From Camelus dromedarius (Eukaryota), in contig NC_087436.1 in assembly GCF_036321535.1 (NCBI RefSeq), positions 64,110,001 to 64,174,000 on the forward strand: DNA of 64,000 bases, in the 5' to 3' direction. The notes under the pieces are model-generated. The model saw only the letters and a program-made list of their open reading frames with translations. It had not been told where the DNA came from and did no database searches. Below, piece by piece: positions 1 through 12,100 of the stretch (position 1 is the first letter of the stretch; each line of letters opens with the position of its first letter). A program made the position numbers and the translations under genes.

Positions 1-1516
1 TTTTTGATTGCAGTATAGAGTCCCTTATTTAGTGCTGCTTACAACAGTTAAGATTTTTCACTTTGTTATGAAAGCCAGCTGGCTTTGGCAATGAAATTTT
101 TAAAGAATGTTTGATTTTTGACAATCATTTTCTTTTGGAAGTCAAATTGAAAAGTATTTTCTAGAATATTTTAGAGCATTTCAGATGATGACAAAAGTCA
201 TTAAATGAGAGAAGATAAATTCAGTCTGACACATAAGATGGTATCTGTATAACTAAGGCGATTGATTGAATTACATATTCAACAAATGAATTGGGAAACT
301 ATGCAAATAGAAAATAAAATACTCAGTGCAACATGAATTTTTCCCTCCTTTGTATGCCCAGATAAACCTTGCGGATGGTTGTAAATTCTTATGTAAATTC
401 ATCATATTCATTGATTTTTTTTTAAAGTGATATATTCTTTCTAGAAGTCCTAATTTGAATAACAAAAGGGGGAAAAAACCCGCCAAAATTCTATCCACAC
501 ATACATACACACACTCTCTCTTTTAGGTGTCCAATGTTGGGGATAATATTTCTTTCAAAGTTATAAAATCCGTAATTTTTCTTTTTAAACAGAGGTCACT
601 AGTTTTATGCACATTTCCTTCTTTTTAAATTTTATCCTCTTATTTTTATTAAACAAGATGTCTATATTCTTTAGTAATCATTAAAGTCAATTTATGAGAA
701 GATAAACAGGTCCAACTTTACTTTCACTGACTCATGTTTAATGATTGAATATCACCAACAAATATGGGGCTCTTTTTAGTAGAGATTTTCCATATGTAGA
801 AAAGACCATGTTTTCTGTCTTGAGTAGAAAATACATTTTAATGCACCAAGCACAAAACAGCCCAAGCACAAAATATTTGTGGATCTTGCAGTCATCCTGT
901 GGAAGTGTAGTGGTATAGAAGTTGCATTTTGATGACCATTTGCCTTCTTGAACATCTTAGGATTTTAGTAATAGACAGCTACTAATGCAGTCATCTGTGC
1001 TATGGCCCTGCACCAAGAGTCTAAATATGTTTGATGATGTTGTTAAGGTGACACATCCTGTTCCAGTATATTGACATTTTCATTTTAATGCATTATACCT
1101 ATCTGGTGAGGATAATTTTAATACTCTCTTGAAACATTAAAAAAATTACCTGGTAAGTAAAAATGTCCACTCTAACGGATTAGAGGCAACTTAACTTACT
1201 GTTTTATTCTGTATTATAGAAAAATGATTATTTGAATAAATATTACTGTTTTGTGTACATTCATTAAACGGCAATAATTCTATAAGCAGCTTTCTGAATG
1301 GTAATCAGAAGCAGAGAAATTTGGTGCCATGCTTGTGTGGCATTTTTTTCAAAGGTGCTCTTTATAGCTCTACCTCTACAGGAGAAATTGATATTATAGG
1401 ATTTGGATTCAGATTTTTGGTAACTTGAGAAAAACCTATCCTTGAGGAATAATACCTATCTTACATAACTTTAGTAAGCTAGAATAAATTGTTTAAATGG
1501 TTAATGGTTGAGATAT

Positions 1517-1634
1517 ATTTTTATTGAAGTGTAGTTGATTTCCAATGTTTCATTTGTACAGCGAATCAGTTTAGTTACACATATGCAATATACTCATATA
1601 TTTCAGATTATTTTCCATTACAGCTCATTACAAG
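1517..1634 (-). mobile_element. L1 3'-end fragment (cetartiodactyl/camelid type)
   Basis: ttttattgaagtgtagttgatttccaatgtt...ttcagattattttccattacag...ttacaag is the reverse complement of an L1 3' terminus; homologous to the copies at 29.6 and 33.2 kb. Confidence 0.8.
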
Positions 1635-2864
1635 GACAAATAATTTTTAAAGTTACCCAGCAAACCCCACTTACAAGTCTTTAACTAGAATTAGGGCACA
1701 TAATAATTCCTAGCTGAAGACCGATGTGTAAATAAACATCAGGGTATTCACCACTCATAGCAGGGACTGTGCCAGGTAGAATGTGACTGAGAACAGCTGC
1801 ATGGCCAATGTCTCCCACGATGTTGCTTAGAGTAAGTAAGAGACAGCTTCTTTTGTTTTATGTAGAATCATGGAAGTATGAGACTAATCCCATACTGAAG
1901 ACTTTGTAATGAAACCCACTTTTTCTGCTTTAGTTCTTATGCTTTTTTGATTGCTCTGAATCTTTGGATAGTGTTATTTTAATAAAATATTTAATATAAT
2001 GGAAGTTGGTTATGCTAAACTTGTTATCCTTGCTTCTTTCTTCAACCAAGGTGCTAATAATGAAAACAGGCTGGGTCAAAATAAATTATGCAAAAATTAA
2101 AGTAAAATGATCATATATATACACACAGAATAAGATACATACCTAGATATGTGTACATATTACCATGTGTTATGGAGGTATGCCTTTCCATGATGTAGCA
2201 CAACTGAGGAAATTTAGTAATTTAAAATAGCCTCATCATATTTTCCTTTCATTTACTGATTTCCAAGCTTTTCTCCTTTCATAGGCTCAGATACCACTAT
2301 CTTTCCATTCAAATTATATGACCAGTGCAGTCTATTAGCAAGAAATGCTTTAGATATGTTTTCACCCATAGAAAATATTAGTGTCTTCCCAGAGAGATGT
2401 TTGCTTATAACATTTCACCCACCTTTCTCTTTTTCTCATTGTATGTCTGGCTAATAAGATGCTTATCATTGTACCAGACTTAAATAATTATGACATAAAT
2501 ATTTTGTTTCACTGGTCACTTCCAACATTAGAAGACAATGAACATGTTGCATAGTCAATTCCAGAGATATACATTATGGCAATGATTGTCTTTATGGCAT
2601 GGTCATAATTTATATGAGAGTAAGGCACCCATTTAGAGATAAGTTCTAACATAATAATTTTTTTTCTCATGCTATCAGAATCAGAACTTCTAAACCAATC
2701 TTTTTGAAACTTTTAAACAAGGCAAATATTTGGATGTTGCTATACCAAAGATTCTCTCCATGATTGTTATTTTTGGTTCAGGTTAGATAAATTAAAAAAC
2801 AAAAACAAAAAAGGAATAAAGGCAAATTTAGTGGTTCTGCTATAATGTAAGATAGTAATAGGAT

Positions 2865-3065
2865 ACTTGAGGACAGGGTGTCCAGGCTAGTAACCCAGCT
2901 GACCACTTATGAGCTGTGTGACCCTGAGTCACTTGCTTTAGCTCTTTGTTCCTCAGATTACTTTTCTATAAAAATGAATGTTGTGAAGATTTAATGAAAC
3001 TACCCATGTAAGCACTTAGCATACTGCTTGAAATATGGTAAGCACTTAGGAACTGTTAGTGGCTG
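2865..3065 (+). mobile_element. MIR SINE
   Basis: MIR core ccacttatgagctgtgtgaccctgagt...cctcagatt...ctataaaaatg...tgtgaagatttaatga...gcacttagc. Confidence 0.8.
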
Positions 3066-3923
3066 TCATCATTTAATTTGTAAAACTTGTAGAAGTGATA
3101 CTTAACATTACATTTTGAAAAATGGAGAACAAATAGACAAAACAAACCTCACCTCTGATTACTAAAGAAGCATTGTGGATCTTCATGTGTCCATGGAATA
3201 TTAGATTATACTTATGAAAAGACTGAACACTCATTAGGCTCCATGACTATATCCATCCTAATCAGTCACAATTTTTGTAATTTCTCCTCAAAATTTAAAG
3301 GAGATTAATTTAGAATAGATGACCTCTTGGAGTTGTCATTCATGTATTATCGCAACATACAGCTGGTTTTGCCAATAAAAATTAAAATAGTTACCTGTCA
3401 AATTCAGCATTCTAATTATATGGCATTGTCATATAATTAAAACATGAATGTGTTGACATATTTTGTCTCCTTATTTATCTATGTTTACACGCACAGACAT
3501 GCACACATAATGTTAAGGAACACAAGACTATAAAATTATTTTCATCCTCACATGTGATTTTATTTACAATGAGGTGGACCTTGATTGACCATTGATTAAT
3601 TTCCTGTTTTCCCGGTTGTAAATCTGCAGCACATTATTATTTTTTTAGCTCCAAAAGTTAAATTTCTAAATAAAAATAATGCAACAAGTTGTAAGTGAAT
3701 AAGCTTTTTAAAAATGTGAGTACTTGATTTCTTAAAAATGGACTGCTACCTTTCTTTTAAGTCACTTAGGGACACTAGTGAAAATACCAATCTTGACCAA
3801 AAGGGGAATTTAGAAGTTGTGAAAGAAAGATCATTGCCCATGCCACTGTGTTTCCTTGTAAATAGCAACTGTGGTGTAGTTATTTTGAATTTCAAAGGCT
3901 TAAAATTTTACCTGGGTTCATAT

Positions 3924-3926
<3 letters not shown>

Positions 3927-3957
<31 letters not shown>
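3927..3957. repeat. (TG)n microsatellite
   Basis: Perfect TG run seen directly. Confidence 0.95.
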
Positions 3958-3959
<2 letters not shown>

Positions 3960-6129
3960 TTGAGTAAATGAATGAATGGTTTAATACAGAGGTCAAACAA
4001 TAACTTCTCATGAAAGATGTTACTTGCCCTTATATCATTTTCAGCATATAAAAAATCACTACTGTCAAGATAGGAATATAACATGAAGACATAATGAGAA
4101 TAATATAATGACCGTTTTAAAATTATTTAGGAGAAGATTTTGTTTCCTTTACATCTAATTTGCATTCTGTAGGCTAAGTCTTTACACTGTTTATGGTAGG
4201 ACAATTTTTTTTGCAAGTTGAAAATACACTGCTTTTCTTTGTTGAAAGCATCAGTTTTAGGCTCTGATATTAAAAATTGGAGTTTTAATCACTGTTAATT
4301 TTTGAATCATGCAATTAAGAAAGGAGGAGCAAATATTGCCCCCGTTAGAGTAGAGTAAATGAGATGGAAACGGTGTTTCTCCAGTGTCCGTTGACTGGTA
4401 TGAAGTTTGTAGGGTCAAAAGTACAGAGCCACAGTTAATATTGAAGTCAGCATTGATCTCAATAAATAAACAGGTATAATGTATAGAGAAGCCAAAATCT
4501 CTTATAATTAAAACTACCTATGGGGCTTACTGAAATATTCTTATTTTTCATTGTGACTGAAGTATAAATTATCATTCTGGAATATGTAATCTAGTTTATT
4601 TAGTTCAAAGAGAAAGTCCTCTAAATTTGATGGCAAAAGGAATATAATAACACAAAACAATCTCTGGGAGTTTTGAGGTTATAGTTTATAAGACTATTAA
4701 CATTGACTGTAGTTTTCTGGAAGGCACAGGTAGTGTTTGGGAATCAGATTATTGTTCAACTAGATGGCAATGTTGCATCATTGCCTGTAATTACCTTTTG
4801 TTTATATGGAAACATACATGTGTGTGTAACTGTGTATCCATAATTTGAAGATTAAAAAAAAATACCTGTGAATCCTAAGACTGCCTGTAGCATAGTCCCT
4901 TCATGACTGTGATAGCTCCAGTGAGTGCATGGTGCTATTGGAATGAAGAATCCAAGTGCAGAGGGTCAGCCTGGGGGCTTTTCTTTGTTAATAGCAAAAT
5001 AAGAGACCTGGAGTCAAAGAGGGAAAATCCTGAAAGCCGGGAGGTAGGTGGAAGGGAGGAAATAATCTAGTTCACAAAGGTGGAGACCTTTGATGCTTTT
5101 CTGTATTCTCTTCGATGCCTTTTCTCAAAGTGCTCCTGGTCTTCAGATTGCACTGCTGGGAAGGCAAATAGAATCTTCTTGACTCACAACCAAGACTCAT
5201 TTGAACAAAATGTGTACCTGAGTGACTTGACTTTATCTTCTGACCTGTCATTTCCTGGGATCACCTGTTCAATTTGAGGCCTCAACAGAACAGTAAGGAG
5301 GGATTTCACAGACTATTCCAGTGAACCTTCTCTGGTGCCTCTATTACAGTCCCAAATATAGCTAGTTCTCAGACACCGAACACTTGCTTCAGCAAAGCAA
5401 GGGATGAGCAGGAAACAGAGTTGGCGAACTGCTGAGACACATGATGTAGCAGCTGGAGTTCTGTGAAGTGGAAGACACCAAAGTCAAGCCCAAGCCCTAC
5501 TTATACTGAGGGGATAAAACCATGGAGCTGACTCTGCAGAAGGAAGAGTGATGATATCTGGAGTGGAGGGAATAGTTGCATTCCCTTCCTCTTTTGTCTT
5601 TTAAACCATTAATTCCCCTTAATTACGTTGGTAATTAATTACTTTGGTAATCGAGGGATCTCCCTAAGACATGGTTTCTGCTATGTTTATCTTACATTTG
5701 ATTGTTGAATAAAGCCTTCTTGATTCGCTTGCAAACCATATGATTTAAAGCATTGCTCAGACAGGTGAATTTATTTTCGTTTCCTCACAATGTTATCAAA
5801 ACTCTACCTTTTCCTGTAAATGGAAGTATATAAATAGCTGAGGTGCTCAGAATTTAGACTTATGACTTACTTTACTTGTTATGATACACATACACAGTTG
5901 TGCTGTAGCAAACACCTTACCTATGTGTTTGCATCACATCTGCATTCATTAATCAGAAATTAATAGATTCAGATAAGAATGTTCTGATTAATGCTACACT
6001 GGGGATAATACTTAGAAGAAAGTGACAAAATAGGGAAGCATATTCTATTGGCCCCAAGTATTTGTTTACTCAGTGTTTAATAAGCAAATCTAATTTTAAG
6101 TCTGTTAATTAAGAATTCAGATCTAGCAA

Positions 6130-6340
6130 GTAGTAAGCATTGAGGAGGATTCAAACAACGTGGGATTAATTTTAATTCCTAGCTCTGATCTTCCTAGTTG
6201 TGTTACTGGAGCAAGTAACTAAATCTCTCTTTGCCAGTTTCTTCACTTTATAAGTATGAAAAGCTCTCTTGTGCTTTTTAGGGATAAGAACCTAAGATAA
6301 GGACTTAAGAGTTTTGCACAGCGACTGGGACACACTGTCA
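6130..6340 (+). mobile_element. MIR SINE (degenerate)
   Basis: ttcctagctctgatcttcctagttgtgttactggagcaagtaactaaatctctct...cagtttcttcac resembles the MIR core. Confidence 0.65.
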
Positions 6341-8534
6341 CTTACCCACTCTAAGGCCTGTATTACATTCATATTTTAACATATCTGAAAATGGATGCAT
6401 CACAGTATCTGATATTCTATCAGTTTAATTGGCAACATGCTTTTTTCCTTAATGGTACATAAAATTATGTTCTATCTTATAGTCAGAGGCATCTAATTTT
6501 TGTTTTGAAATATGATTCATAAAGTGGTATCTAAATAGTCTGCCCTTCAGTGAGAGGTATCTTAACATCTTACAGATATGGGAATAGGTGTTCCTTGTTA
6601 GCTCCTTTTCTTTTTCTGTGGAACCGCTATTTGGTGTCCTCGGCCACTGTTCAATACTAATGACCATCCAAGTCTCAATCTAGGCTCCTTTTTTGATTTT
6701 CAAATTAAATATATATACATGTATATATATAAATATAAATTATTTTTGATTAATAAAATGTAGACACAAATGTAAAGCAAATAAAGGTACTGAAATTTTT
6801 GTAACGAAGCAAGTTAGTAATTGCTATGATTTTGCTGCATATATTTTCACACCTCACAATTGATCTCTGCTTAATGCATAAGGGTGAAAAAAAGAAGACT
6901 CCATCCAGTCTGGACTTGACAGTGTATGTTATGTGTTCTTAAATGGACGTTTTCATAGCTTCTCATCTAAGGTAGACTGATTTTTGTGGCTGTATAGCAT
7001 GGATGCGTGTAATTACTATGTGCAGTACACAAAGGATGCTGTGAAATAGGGGCTATTTAATTTTTCTGATAAGAAACAAAATCACAGTTACCTTCATAAC
7101 ACTGTTTCTTCTGTTGCTTTGGCAAACAATGTGATGAGGGAGGCTTGAGTGCCACAATGAAAAATCAGGATCAGAACGTGACAGGTTGAGAATCCCAGGA
7201 AATGAAACAGAAAGTAGACTGACTCTGCTGAGAAAACATCTCAGGTTCACTTCAAGTCTGGGGCTGGCAACAAAGACAAACTCATTGCCCTTTCATGTAA
7301 ACCTGGTCACGAGGGAGCTTTTTATGCCCTGGTGTGCCTTTCAGCAGATTTGTAAATTCAGTTGTGTATGAAATAAAAATCAGTATTCGGGAGTGAGTGC
7401 CTTGCTTTATGCTTTGGTAGGTAAATTGCTTAAGGATTTACAGTCCATCCACAGTAAGGATGATATACACGGGATTAGAATTAAGGGATTTATTTGGTCT
7501 CCTTTTCCCAGAAAACCAAGATTACTTCATGTCAAAACAGTGTCTTGAGAAAGTGTAAATAGCAAAAGGCTTTACTTGAAACTTCATTTGGAAATGAAGA
7601 TTGTCATATTTCCAAAATAAATTATCATTATAAGATAAGATTTTGTGTACCTGTATTTCTAAAGGTAAGTAGCTTGCTTTACACAAAGCAAAGCTTGTTA
7701 AATTATGTTTATAAAATATTACTTTGTCAAAGTAGCAGTGCTCAAATATGTAATTTATGTCTATTCTTTAGCTCATTACTTTAAAGTTACATTACTTATA
7801 TTTATGTAGTTAGAGATGCATTAGGCTGGTATATTTGATACATTCATATGATTTGAAAACTATAGCCAAGGCATTTCAAAGAGGGAAGATTGGTTTGATA
7901 GCAGTTGACATTCCCCCGACGTCTCCTTAAGAGACCATAAGTAACATAGAAACAGTGGATCAGTGTGCAGCACTGTAATTGATGTTGCTTGTTGTGCTCT
8001 TTGACTGCATAGGTAACAGTTTGTTGTACAGTTATTCTATTTCCTGGATAAAATGGATAATTCTGACCTCTGAATGGCTACCTTGAAGACCATTACTGAA
8101 GAGATACCAGAGATGTGTTTGGTGTCCCTTCAATCGCACTGAGTCAGTTCATGAGTCTGGCTCTATGTCTTAGGTAATATATGCCAAATCACACGTTTCA
8201 AGCCTTTGTCAGTGGAATGGGGATGTTTATATGTACCTTGGAAACCTATAGGAAAAAACAAAAACACGGAAAGTTAACTTCTAATTTATTAATGGCGATG
8301 ATAAAAGTCTGCTGCGTGTTTAGTTTCTACTTTGAATTTTTGTAGAGCGTTAGGGTATAGTTTTTATTCCCAACAGATGAATTTTCTTCCCTCTGTTTTT
8401 CACTGGAATCATACCCCTTTCATTGACGGCACAGGGAAAATGAGTCCTGGGGAAAAGGAGGGCTTTTGAGTGAGGCAGAACCTTGTCTTTCACCTCAGTC
8501 AGATGACTCCATTCTCTCATTTCTGATGTGAGGA

Positions 8535-9112
8535 TACAGGGGAGAAAAAATATTTTTCCCTCTACCCTTCTGAGTTCTTAGCTGAGACCCCTGTAATGAA
8601 AGACAGGTTAACAAGACAAAAACAAAGGAAGTTTATTAACATGTATCCCTTGTGCATCCATGGGAGATACTTAGGAAGAATGAGTAGTAACTCCCTGAGG
8701 TGGCTTAGAATTCTGTCTTGAATACCACCCTCATAAAGAAAGGCTAGGGGTGCAGGCCTGCATGCTGGGGAGAGCAGGGGATTTTTAGGAGAGAAGAATG
8801 GGCCTTTAGAAGGACAGATGGAAGGAGGTATGATAGTTTGTGACAAAGAGTGTTTGGGTGTGGTGTCAACTTCTGGTCTCTTCTGTGACAAGTGTTGATC
8901 TTTCCTTATGAATCAAAGTCCCAGGAAGGGGTTTATGACACTGAGTTCTTCCTGGAGGGTCTGTCTTTTTGTAGATGAGGGAAGTTCAGAGAAAGCCTCT
9001 CCCTGCAGTGGCTGTTTTGCTGGGCCTGCAGCTCCCAGTAATCGGTGTTCCACGTGGGCACCCCACGTTCCACGGCAGCATCATTTGGGGTGAGATGTCC
9101 TGAACTCCTGTA
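8535..9112 (-). mobile_element. ERV1 solo LTR, MER34-like
   Basis: Minus strand begins tacaggagttcaggacatctcaccccaaatgatgctgcc and ends gaagggtagagggaaaaata...cccctgta, like MER34-group termini; AATAAA on the minus strand (gtttatt at ~8631). Confidence 0.75.
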
Positions 9113-12100
9113 GTCGTATTTTGAGGTGTATACTCTGCCACACTTCAAGGGTCTGCTTTAATTAACTTAGGAGTTTCTTGTGAGGGTTAAATAAGGTGAT
9201 GCCCTCTGGAATGCTCCTTGGTACTCATACCACTATTCCCAGCAGCAGCAGCACCGTCCAGTGCTAGAAACCTTATCAGTTGCCAGGCCTTCTGCTATGT
9301 GTTTTGTTTGCAGAATCTTGTATAATCCTTCTGGTAGCCATTTTACACGTATGGAAACGTGTAAGAAGAACCAGCTCCTCAAGCTCACATAGTTGGTGCA
9401 TATCAGAGCCAAGAACTCCAGCAATTCAAAAAAAATAAATTTTTGGTAATTTATGGCACTTTTGTTGCAGACGAATTTGAGTATGTGTTCTAATTCTTAA
9501 ATATTCTGGAATTAATCATTAAGCTGTCTATGCAGAAGTTATTTAAATGGTTCCTACGTCTATGTGTTTTTTGGTTTTTTTTTTTGGCAAAAGCAAGAAG
9601 ATATTAAGAAAGCTGTCGTGAGAATATCAATAATAACATTAAGGGGGATAGAATCAGATTAATTCCATTTATACCGTGTTAACCAGCTTGCATTTGTGAG
9701 CCATCTACTTGGGCGGACAAGCTGCTCACTGTATTGTGCTGGGAGAGATAACCCCTAATTCCTCTGTATCCTGTTTTTGAATCATTTCATTAAACAAAAG
9801 CCTTTGAGTCTTCTTTTGTTGTGGAGAACAAATGGTTAGATTTTAGGAACTGTAGCTACTTTTGTTATTCACGAATTCCAGAGCCTTTCAGAATTTATCA
9901 TTCACATTCTCAGCTCTGCACACAATCAGTCATTATGTCAGCAGCTGCCCGGGGAGCCGTACTTCAGTTCATTCAGCCAAATAATAATCATCAGGACAAC
10001 CATCGCTACATTAAAAATAATAATAAAATTAAATCCTTAAATAGCGGAGTTCTTTACTTCTGTAGTTAAAAATTAATTACTTGTATTCAGTAGATACCCC
10101 ATTGTACATTTTGACAGGAAGGGAAAAGCAGTATCTGTGTTGAAAATTAAACTTATTAGATTGATATGTTTTAATAATAGGGAAGGTTATAAAGGGTTCC
10201 ATTTCCAAATAAATGACTCCCAATGATTTATTATAGGCGACCATAACTTAATCAGATGTTGGCTTTTGTTTTTGTAGTTTATTGAGTGAGCAATCAAAAA
10301 TCTGTAACCATTAGAGTAATCATATATTTTGAAATAACTTTAGTGCACACACATACTGGAGTCCACTTTTCTCCATTCATGATAATAAGCACATTACATA
10401 TGGAACATTTAGCTTGCTTCTGAATATGTGATACAATTTATTTATGATTAAATTATTAAGAAAATGATTATTTTAAATTACAAATTACAAGTTCTTCGTC
10501 TTTCTCCCACTGTTTACAGCCTCCCTGTCTTTTTTTTCCCATTTTCTGTGATGTGTCACATTCCATAGTATATCACTGTTTAGAACATTAAAGTAACACT
10601 TCATATATTGCAATCAAAGCATAAGTATAAATATTAATTTATACAGCATCATTGTGAAACTGTGTCAGGGACACTCTCACAGAACTCATTTGTGTAATGT
10701 CAGGTTCTCCTTATTGAAATGTCCTTGATCGTGTTCTTCTCTGCTGGTGTCTTAAATGAAAACCCATGTTTTTGTCAGCATCCTCATTTAATTTCCTTCT
10801 TATTCTAGAAATAAAGGAAATGAGATGTAAGTGCTGACTCAGATGATCAGTTTGCTGGCAATTTGCTGTAAAGTCAGGTATGGAATTAGAGGCATCAATT
10901 TATACACAATATTGCCACCTTTTGCTGAAAACTTTACATCTTTGGAAAGATTTGTTTTACTTTCGGAGTCAGTATCAACTTGAGCAAATGAGGGGCGTTG
11001 GGTGTATTTAAATTCAGTTTTGGTTATATGAAAAAAAGCCGCCTGTGTCAGAGATGACCTGAAGACTCCTTTTTCTTTGATGTTTGTGAGGGCTATTGTT
11101 AAGAATCTGGATAACTTTCCTCAAAGATTTATGTTGTATATTTTCTCAATTATTGGCAAAAGCTTAATAATGAACAATTTCACTGTTCATTGGCAAATCC
11201 AGCATAATAGATGTGATTTCTTAAATGGTTACCAAGAAAATTTTAGTGTTTATAGTAGAAAATGTATATGGTATCCTTTATTATTAATAATATTATTATT
11301 ATTATTACCTTTCAGGTTTTTGCTTATTGTCTTATCATCAAATATTGAGATCCAGCTTTCTTTTTTTTGACAAGCATAGCATCTTGTGGAAGAGTGGATT
11401 TTTTATAGGTTTAAGAATACATTCAGCTTATATTTATTAATACTGGATAGTTCTCTTACTTTATTTTAATGAAAGAAAATTTATTTAATTGAAATTTAAC
11501 AACTTCTTAAAAGTCATGTTCACTGACTGAGTAGCTCATTCTCATGTATAATGCCAGTATTTTACCTCTATTTAATCTCAAGTTACCCGTGTCATGGTCT
11601 TCATTTAGTGTTTCAATGCATATGTTTCTAAAGGGTTACTATCATTTTGCAAATGCTTTAAAACCTGTAAAACAAATATACATGCTCTAAATGCATAAAT
11701 CTTCTAAACAATCTGATACAGGATTAATATGAAACTGGAATGGGCCAGCCTAATGAATGCCAAGCTTAATGTACAATCTATTTTTTTGAATAAATCATAC
11801 AGGAAAATTGCAGAAAGTGTAAATTACATGGCCATCATAAATCAATATCCTTAGATTGCTCTGCCTTAGATAAGGGGTAGCACTGCAGAGGCCATGACAT
11901 ACGAAGGTGAGTGAGAGGAAGGCAGTTAAAGTGAGAGAGGGACACCCATTAAGGAGAGGTAATGTTTAGAAAATGATTATAAAAGTTGAGTACACAAATC
12001 ACACATCCCTGGGCACTGGTTATTTAATGCAGAGTGCACGGATGAATGAGATGGCTCATACTGGGTTTCATTCTGTGACTGTTACAGAATTCAGTTAAGA

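Noticed and set aside
5619..5651. Short tandem duplications (also ~846-873, ~41917-41944, ~54139-54161)
   Set aside because: Two-copy 11-16 bp duplications typical of replication slippage
8562..9148. ORFs of 61-109 aa
   Set aside because: They lie almost entirely within the solo LTR, with no gag/pol/env similarity
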